Source of the DNA: a virus
Taxonomy: Duplodnaviria > Caudoviricetes
IMG/VR virus record: IMGVR_UViG_3300031658_000005
Coordinates: 1 to 62,507 of that record
DNA: 62,507 nucleotides
Reading direction: 5' to 3' (one strand)
Shown: positions 56,467-62,507 of the stretch, piece by piece
Position numbering within the stretch: position 1 is the stretch's first letter
Layout: each line of letters opens with the position of its first letter
Made by a program: the position numbers and the translations under genes
Notes under the pieces: model-generated
What the model saw: the letters and a program-made list of their open reading frames with translations, nothing else
Database searches by the model: none
What the model was told of the DNA's origin: nothing

Positions 56467-58371
56467 TCAAATTGCAAACGGAATAAATGTTCCTTGAGGC
56501 TTTTGTTCTTGAGTCGCGTTTTCTGAATCAAAAAATACCTTGGCAAACCAATTCCCTAGAACTAAGGCAGAATAAGAATCTTTTCGTGCTCTATTAGGCC
56601 CTTTTTGCCTTCTTAGGTTTTGAGGTAGGTTAAATGCTTGTGATCCTTGTGGATTTCCTACCACTTCAATGTTAGCGCATTCCGACTTTGTAAGTTCTAC
56701 AACATACTTTTGATGATCAATTAAGTCTATCATCATGGCTCCTTTAGAAGATTTTGGGGTCTTAATATCCCATTTTAGTTTTTCAATGGGTATGTTTTTT
56801 TTGCGTTGCGAGTCAAAATGACTATCAATCGCCCTAGAAGCAAATAGAATTCTTTTATGGTCTATGGCCGCTTGCAACATCTCATTAGCGTTTCTAATCC
56901 AATTAGATGTGGGTTTTCTAAGTATGCAGTAATTTCTCTCTCTTACGTTGTATTGGTTTTTAAAATTCAATATGTCTGAGTTCCAATTTTCTGGTCTTTC
57001 CAAGTCCACTTCTAAAACGCCGATTTTCACATCAGCCTCTTTAAATAAAGCACTCTCATTACAAGAGTTAATAAACTGGACTCCTCCATTATAGTCCCCG
57101 CAAATCCCAACAATATTAAAGTGCTGTATTAAATATAAAAAATACTCCATATGCTCCTTAAGAGACACTCCTGCTATAGCATAACTATGCACTAAGCATA
57201 TTTTTTGAGCTTCTCTATCAACCTTAAACACATGCATTGCAAAATGGTCAGCGTTAGTATTGCCAGCCCAGTTTGGGTCAAAAGCAAGGAGATACTCATG
57301 ACTAGGGTTTCCGACTAATTCTACTGCGGGGAACTCTCCATCTGGAATGGTGCAAGCGGCCATTTTAGATAATCTAAAGTAACCATCACTCTCATCAATA
57401 AACTGAGCGCCAAATTCTCTCTTGAATTGCATCTCCGACATTGTTGCCTTCGCTTGCTTAAGCAGATTTTGATCATATAGTCTCTTAGGAGCGCAATCGT
57501 AACTTAATTGCATAATAAGCCTATAAGCATCATCTTTTAATTCATCCTCTTCGTCTCCCTCTTCGTCATTCTCTTTTGCCTCATTCCCAAATATAAGATC
57601 TTCATACTTTTTGTATAATCTATACATGTATTCGAATTTAAATGATGGAGATGATAGAATGATTAGCTTGTTGTTGGGCCAAACATACCTGTCTCCCTCT
57701 TTCATCTCGCCTTTCTCGATTACTCTGGATTCTAGGTTGTATAATTCCTCTCTCTCGATGGGGTTGTCTACCACACCAAGGAATGGTATGATAACTTCGT
57801 TAAAAATCTTTTCTGGTATAGTTAAGAATTCATCCAACACAATCCTATTAAAACGAAATCCACGAAGTCTCTCTCCATTAGCGAGAGGAAGGGCAATAGC
57901 CCTAGCCTTACCTAAAGTCATTGTCCATTGGTCAGTTCCCTTTTGAATTCTGAATCCGCATTCTTTAATTAGGCTGGCTTCTGGTTTACTAATGATATCC
58001 TCCATTTTTTGGAAGATTTGTTTTGATTGCCTAAAACTTCCTGCGATAACGCCTATATTAGCGCTAGGATTGAGTAAGCACTCTAGTATTACGTAAATCG
58101 CCGTAGAGAATGTCTTAGACATGCCGCGAGAAAATACAAACATAGAATAGTCCGAAACCATCATGCCCTTGATCGCCATCGCTTGAAATGGGAATAACTT
58201 CACACCCAAAAACAACTCAGATGTAAAGGCTATATTATTTCTAAGAAATTTATATAACAAATACTTAGACTCCTCTTCTCCAAGAGTCCCATCCATTTTC
58301 TTTATTAGCTTGTTTAGCTCCTTTGAGGAGTGCTCAAGCCGATATCCTTGTTTTCCTTTTGTCCAAGCCAT
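56467..58371 (-). CDS. terL: terminase large subunit
   Basis: LFPFQ adenine-binding motif, Walker A-like SRGMSKT, LRGFRFNRIVLDE, LSSP, FKREFGAQF, RNase H-like LAFDPN ... RKDSYSA. Confidence 0.92.
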   Translation of the reverse strand: MAWTKGKQGYRLEHSSKELNKLIKKMDGTLGEEESKYLLYKFLRNNIAFTSELFLGVKLFPFQAMAIKGMMVSDYSMFVFSRGMSKTFSTAIYVILECLLNPSANIGVIAGSFRQSKQIFQKMEDIISKPEASLIKECGFRIQKGTDQWTMTLGKARAIALPLANGERLRGFRFNRIVLDEFLTIPEKIFNEVIIPFLGVVDNPIEREELYNLESRVIEKGEMKEGDRYVWPNNKLIILSSPSFKFEYMYRLYKKYEDLIFGNEAKENDEEGDEEDELKDDAYRLIMQLSYDCAPKRLYDQNLLKQAKATMSEMQFKREFGAQFIDESDGYFRLSKMAACTIPDGEFPAVELVGNPSHEYLLAFDPNWAGNTNADHFAMHVFKVDREAQKICLVHSYAIAGVSLKEHMEYFLYLIQHFNIVGICGDYNGGVQFINSCNESALFKEADVKIGVLEVDLERPENWNSDILNFKNQYNVRERNYCILRKPTSNWIRNANEMLQAAIDHKRILFASRAIDSHFDSQRKKNIPIEKLKWDIKTPKSSKGAMMIDLIDHQKYVVELTKSECANIEVVGNPQGSQAFNLPQNLRRQKGPNRARKDSYSALVLGNWFAKVFFDSENATQEQKPQGTFIPFAI

Positions 58372-59287
58372 TTATTCTTTTATCTATAAAATATTGTAAA
58401 TCCACTCTCCATAAATCTTTCCCATGATACAGTATTAGTGGAATGAGTTTTTTTGCTCCCGCCCTATTGTGAGCGAAAACAATCTGAAGGTTTTCGGGGT
58501 AGTCTACAATCAGATTTCTTACATTATGCCACAAGTAACCCAAATTAGACTTAAACTTAGAAAGTTTATTGTGTTCTTCTAGCTTTTCTATAGAAGTCTC
58601 CGCAACGATAAACATATATGAATTAAATTGAACACATCTATCCATTTCCCTTCTAAATCGCTCTATATCTTTGCCAAAGGTTTGCCTAAAGTCGTCTTGA
58701 GCCTTCCTATCTACAAAGGTTTTAGAATATAACTCTCCTCGCGCCGTATAATCCCCAAAGTCCAACTTGTTAGTTATAGAGTCTTCGAAAGTTAATGGAA
58801 TCTTTTCTCTCGTATCTATAAACATTGGTATGTCTTGATGACTGGATTCCCAAAACTTTAACGGAAGATTTTTGTTATAGTAGTTTTCTACTTTGAATTC
58901 TTTTAAAAAATTAGAATACGAACCCCAAAATTTCTTATAATAAAAAATATTAGCCATTTCCGATAGGTCGTAAAAAAGGTTTGGCGGAGATATATTTATT
59001 TCTTTTAGTAGGAACTTTTCTTTTGTCTTGTTTTTAATATAATCTTTAACTTCTTCGGGTGGAGCGGATTCCATCCATGAAACGAAGTTGGAGTGATCAT
59101 TGAAGTCGTCTCGCATGTATTGGTCATAAGACCTAAACGCAAGTTTTTCGTTTGTGTATAAGTCTCTTTTGTCATAGTGCTTTACATAGTAGTCTCCTAT
59201 AGCAAGGGTATGAGCTTTTAAGTGAGCATGAAAACTCCTTTTCTTATCAAACTCTTTGTCGCATTCCTTGCAGACGAAATCACTCAT
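58334..59287 (-). CDS. C2H2 zinc finger + ERCC4/XPF-type nuclease
   Basis: FVCKECDKEF...FHAHLKAH; IDTREK...LDFGDY...VDRKAQDDF...RFRREMDR...FIVAE. Confidence 0.75.
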   Translation of the reverse strand: MSDFVCKECDKEFDKKRSFHAHLKAHTLAIGDYYVKHYDKRDLYTNEKLAFRSYDQYMRDDFNDHSNFVSWMESAPPEEVKDYIKNKTKEKFLLKEINISPPNLFYDLSEMANIFYYKKFWGSYSNFLKEFKVENYYNKNLPLKFWESSHQDIPMFIDTREKIPLTFEDSITNKLDFGDYTARGELYSKTFVDRKAQDDFRQTFGKDIERFRREMDRCVQFNSYMFIVAETSIEKLEEHNKLSKFKSNLGYLWHNVRNLIVDYPENLQIVFAHNRAGAKKLIPLILYHGKDLWRVDLQYFIDKRINGLDKRKTRISA

Positions 59288-60345
59288 AATATTTCTCTTT
59301 TGGAGATTCCCAAAATACGCGCTTTATACTCGTCCATGGATTCAAGTCGATCAGCCTCTTCTTCAATTAGCTTGTTTTGCATTTCTGCCATCAGAATCAT
59401 GCGATCACGCTCTTCTTTATCCTGAAATGCCTCCACTAAAGCGGCAATGCTTCCATTTTGCTCTCCTCTTGCCTTTAGACGCGCCTGACGGCTCCCGTTA
59501 AGGTCTTTCGTTAAAGATTCGATTCTCTTCTCGCATTGATTCAATTCCTCGCTAGTGGCCTTTATAAGCTCAGTGAGACGCATTGTTAAATCTCGCTCAT
59601 TGTCTGTGTCGTTGAGCATCGTGTTCAACTTGTCTATTCTTTGCTGAATATGTTTCTGTCTGACATAGTTAGTGCAAACAGTAATATACAAATTCAACTC
59701 ATCATTAGTTAAGTCTGGTTTATCCCAAACGGTTCTTACAAACTCACTTTCAAATAAATCTCTATCTGCAACCGTAGAGTATTGGTTGATGAAATGGACA
59801 AATCTTGGACTCTTTAGGTAGAAAAGTAGCTTTTCGCACATTTTCCTCTGTTTTGTCTGGATGGTAACCTCGTCAAAATCCTGTCCAGCCCAATCATTGA
59901 TTTTTTTTATTGATCTTGAGAGCGATTTTGGAGCAGACCACTTGTCCGTAGTCAACATTTCGTTATCATCGATGATTTCAGGCCTATATCGGCGCAAATA
60001 TTCCATGACTGTTCTATGTTGCTGGCTTAGAGCCTGAATTGCCCTATCTTTAAAAGTCAGTCGAGCCACCTCAAGAGCGTTCATTCCTTTCTCGACGTTA
60101 CTTCCCATTAAAAATTGCTTTTGTTCATTTGTGAGATCAACTTCCCCGACCTTCGGGACAAGAGTTGTTGTGAAATCCAGACTTTTAGTAATTAAAAATT
60201 TTCTCACAGCTCTCCCTTCCTTAGATCGACCATCCAGAGTGTCGTCATTAAATATGATTTGAGTGATACTCTTTAAATCGGGGTTCTTAGGGAACTCATC
60301 TTCAATTTTCTCTTTTTGCTCGTCTGTTAATTCTATATCTCTCAT
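59284..60345 (-). CDS. hypothetical coiled-coil protein, candidate terminase small subunit/packaging factor
   Basis: Two N-terminal 'LTxEQK' HTH-like repeats, a C-terminal coiled coil, and position upstream of the nuclease and terL. Confidence 0.4.
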   Translation of the reverse strand: MRDIELTDEQKEKIEDEFPKNPDLKSITQIIFNDDTLDGRSKEGRAVRKFLITKSLDFTTTLVPKVGEVDLTNEQKQFLMGSNVEKGMNALEVARLTFKDRAIQALSQQHRTVMEYLRRYRPEIIDDNEMLTTDKWSAPKSLSRSIKKINDWAGQDFDEVTIQTKQRKMCEKLLFYLKSPRFVHFINQYSTVADRDLFESEFVRTVWDKPDLTNDELNLYITVCTNYVRQKHIQQRIDKLNTMLNDTDNERDLTMRLTELIKATSEELNQCEKRIESLTKDLNGSRQARLKARGEQNGSIAALVEAFQDKEERDRMILMAEMQNKLIEEEADRLESMDEYKARILGISKREIL

Positions 60346-61019
60346 AAAATATCGTTCTCACTCATCATTCTAAGAGCAATTTGGTAAAATTTCTTTTTTA
60401 AATTGGCGATCTGCTTATATCTTGGTTTTTTTCTGTTGGCTGAATCTGCCTTAAACCCGAATTGCTTAGCTACATCGTTCTCTTCCTTGTTCTCAATATA
60501 CAATAAAAAATAAATCTTCTTATGTTTCTCATTCAACTCATTCATTACTAATTCATGAAGACGAGTAGAAGAATTATCATAGTCTACATTATCCCTCAAT
60601 GTAACAAACCCCGTAAACAAACCTTCGTCTAAGGCTAGCGGAAGTTTAATATTATAAGCTTTTTCTTTTTTATTCTTCCATTTAGCAAAATCAGGACACG
60701 AAATATCTTGCTCTTTGCTTTTTGTCATCCCACAACTAGTAGCCCCCATATTATGAGGACACCTTAAACAAGGTTTAGCAAAACTAGAATAATTATTCCT
60801 TACCAGATTCTTTATCTGATTAGAGATAATCATAGAAGCCCAAGGCTTAAATGGACGCTCCTGATCCCAAAGATGCCATTTTTTAAAAATATGCAATCTG
60901 ACTATTTGACAAACATCATCATAGTCCATCCATGCTATCGCACTCAATTGCCATTTAGGTCTATATTTTTTTAAAAGATCTTCTAGGTCTGAGCTTTGAC
61001 TGTCGAAATCATAATCCAT
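60342..61019 (-). CDS. second sigma-factor-like protein (ECF-like) with Cys-rich insertion
   Basis: Region 2-like DYDDVCQIVRLHIFKKWHLWDQERPFKPWASMIISNQIKN; CLRC..C..C insert; region 4-like LNEKHKKIYFLLYIE..EENDVAKQFG. Confidence 0.65.
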   Translation of the reverse strand: MDYDFDSQSSDLEDLLKKYRPKWQLSAIAWMDYDDVCQIVRLHIFKKWHLWDQERPFKPWASMIISNQIKNLVRNNYSSFAKPCLRCPHNMGATSCGMTKSKEQDISCPDFAKWKNKKEKAYNIKLPLALDEGLFTGFVTLRDNVDYDNSSTRLHELVMNELNEKHKKIYFLLYIENKEENDVAKQFGFKADSANRKKPRYKQIANLKKKFYQIALRMMSENDIL

Positions 61020-61374
61020 CTATATCTTTCGTGCGTGAGGAAGAACAATCTTTAACTGTTTTATCTAAAAGCTCTTTTCCGCTAGGGTCTTTCGACTCGG
61101 ACCTGTGGAAGTTTCCTCTAGGAGCAGTAGCTTCAGAAGAAGTTACCGATCCCCAAATATCTTCAATGCTTGTCTTGCCTTCGTCCCTCTCAATTACAAT
61201 GCCTTTTTTCAACTCACTTAAATTAATATCAAAATCATTCTCCGCTTCTTCTTGCTCTTCTTTGGCCGCAGTAGAAACTGCCCCAGCTCCTTGACCACAA
61301 TTACAACAAAACTTAGGTTTATTAATCTCATATAAAATCTTGAAACCGCAAGATACACAGAAAATCTTATTCAT
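61009..61374 (-). CDS. zinc-ribbon protein
   Basis: IFCVSCG...KPKFCCNCG followed by an acidic region. Confidence 0.7.
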   Translation of the reverse strand: MNKIFCVSCGFKILYEINKPKFCCNCGQGAGAVSTAAKEEQEEAENDFDINLSELKKGIVIERDEGKTSIEDIWGSVTSSEATAPRGNFHRSESKDPSGKELLDKTVKDCSSSRTKDIDGL

Positions 61375-61385
61375 GGCTAATTTTA

Positions 61386-62063
61386 TTAGCTTATTATGCT
61401 TTTTTCAATTTTATCTACTAAATAACTTATGATTTTATCTCTCATAATATCTTCCTTGGTAAATTGTAGATGATGCACTCCCAATAATCTACTCTCCTTG
61501 TCGTCAAATATATTGCAAAATTTATTAAATCCTGTGCGCCTAATGTCGCTCTGCATACTATCGCCGCATAAGAATAACGTAGTGTTATTAGAAATGCGGG
61601 TTATGATAGTTGTAAGTTCTTTTGTTGTCATGTTTTGTGCCTCATCCACTATGACCACCTTACTCCTCCATGTAGCGCCTCGCAAAAAGTTGATCGGGGC
61701 CGCTTCTAATACCTTCCTGTCTTGTATTTGTTTTTTTTCTGGCCCATTTAGCAACTCATCCAATTTATCTTCTAACGGACCCATATACGGGTTGAACTTC
61801 TCGTCCATGCTTCCTTTCAGAAAACCCATCCCCCTCTCCGCACTTTCAGCCAAACTCCTCAAATATAATATCTTAAGCAACTTGTCTTCATTGTATTTGT
61901 ATAATGCCGTATACACAGATAAAAATGTCTTCGCAGTCCCAGCTGGTCCACTAATAAATACAATCCTTGTTTCTGGATCTCGCATTATTCTGTGAAATTC
62001 CATCTGCTTTTCCGTCAATTCAATATGACCCAACAATAATGAGTTCTGAGTTCTAAACGTCAT
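61386..62063 (-). CDS. phoH: PhoH-family ATPase
   Basis: LTEKQ, GPAGTAKT, MGFLKGSMDEKFNPY, FLRGATW, IVDEAQN, LCGDSMQSDI, EDIMR. Confidence 0.95.
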   Translation of the reverse strand: MTFRTQNSLLLGHIELTEKQMEFHRIMRDPETRIVFISGPAGTAKTFLSVYTALYKYNEDKLLKILYLRSLAESAERGMGFLKGSMDEKFNPYMGPLEDKLDELLNGPEKKQIQDRKVLEAAPINFLRGATWRSKVVIVDEAQNMTTKELTTIITRISNNTTLFLCGDSMQSDIRRTGFNKFCNIFDDKESRLLGVHHLQFTKEDIMRDKIISYLVDKIEKSIIS

Positions 62064-62075
62064 TTATGTTCTTTG

Positions 62076-62081
62076 TTACAC
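62076..62081 (-). promoter_or_regulatory. GTGTAA element (representative of a recurring upstream motif)
   Basis: 12 nt upstream of the phoH ATG. The same hexamer occurs on the minus strand at 644, 22315, 25835, 42954, 46788, 48170, 50150, 51153, 54465 and 56432. Confidence 0.65.
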
Positions 62082-62240
62082 GCATTAACGATCCGTAGAA
62101 CCTCAAGTTTATAGAATACACCACCCCCCCGCCGAAATTACGTCAAGCAAAAAGTTCAAGATTCTGAAAAAACCCCTCCCTCTTCTCCCCACAAAAAAAA
62201 CGCATTTGTATGCAAATAAACCTTTTAATTTATTTTTTTC

Positions 62241-62251
62241 TGTGGTATAAT
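62241..62251 (+). promoter_or_regulatory. extended -10 sigma70 promoter (probable early promoter)
   Basis: TGTGGTATAAT (TRTGnTATAAT consensus), 6 nt before ATG at 62258. Confidence 0.7.
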
Positions 62252-62257
62252 TCGCCC

Positions 62258-62507
62258 ATGACCAACACCAAAGCTAACATGAAAAACCAAGACATCGCCA
62301 TTGCCCGACTGACTCAAAAACTTGAGCGCATGGAAGAGATTGCAGTCTTCCGCGTGTCCGATCTTGAGTTCATCGAAATCGTTGAAGTCCTCAAATCGGG
62401 CAAGTGGGCCGACTGGCTAGTCGAGTTTTCCTATGAAGGGAAAAAATATCAAGGCTCGTTACAGGCTGGAATCGAAGATACAGATTTCCAGCACGATATA
62501 ATCGAAT
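62258..62507 (+). CDS. hypothetical (probable early) protein, 5' part; runs off window (absent from ORF track)
   Basis: Open frame MTNTKANMKNQDIAIARLTQKLERMEEIAVFRVSDLEFIEIVEVLKSGKWADWLVEFSYEGKKYQGSLQAGIEDTDFQHDIIE with no stop to the window end. Confidence 0.65.
   Translation, partial: MTNTKANMKNQDIAIARLTQKLERMEEIAVFRVSDLEFIEIVEVLKSGKWADWLVEFSYEGKKYQGSLQAGIEDTDFQHDIIE

Noticed and set aside
1-62507. Stop-codon reassignment (alternative genetic code)
   Set aside because: Conserved genes are full length and tightly packed under the standard code, and TAA, TAG and TGA all terminate genes.
1-62507. Numerous 60-165 aa antisense or alternate-frame ORFs in the track (e.g. 61498..61995, 51296..51691, 8451..8840)
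   Set aside because: They lie inside well-supported genes, lack motifs and promoters, and read as shadow ORFs.
1-62507. tRNA/rRNA genes, integrase, transposase, reverse transcriptase/DGR
   Set aside because: None recognised by eye. Intergenic gaps are short and mostly explained by promoters and terminators; tRNAscan/Infernal would be needed to exclude small RNAs.

Overview
A 62.5-kb, AT-rich, gene-dense segment of a large tailed dsDNA bacteriophage, probably siphovirus-like: it has a long tape-measure gene, two tail-tube-like genes and no recognisable sheath. It reads in the standard genetic code. Left arm (minus strand): the 5' end of an HldD-like epimerase, a ClpA/C-like ATPase, and a replication/recombination operon (DnaE split into PHP / DEDDh exonuclease / polymerase genes, Cas4/AddB-like nuclease, primase, DnaB, RecA/UvsX). 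The same operon carries a glycan module (Gmd, a ColD-like 3-dehydratase, five glycosyltransferases), and a class Id-type ribonucleotide reductase lies upstream. Centre (plus strand): a sigma factor, more glycosyltransferases including a GT9 heptosyltransferase split across two genes, Hsp20, a Whirly-like SSB candidate and a Rad52-like annealing protein. Right arm (minus strand): morphogenesis module from tail tip to terminase, an ERCC4-type nuclease, a second sigma-like protein and PhoH, followed by a strand switch into a probable early gene. The most notable signals are (1) a candidate virion-glycosylation system, in which eight GT genes plus colitose/heptose enzymes co-occur with marked [S/T]-G dipeptide enrichment in virion proteins, and (2) a recurring GTGTAA element and sigma70/sigma54-like promoters only 5-12 nt upstream of start codons, implying near-leaderless mRNAs and a phage-specific promoter class. 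All calls come from motif recognition by eye; no searches were run and the host cannot be determined from this window.
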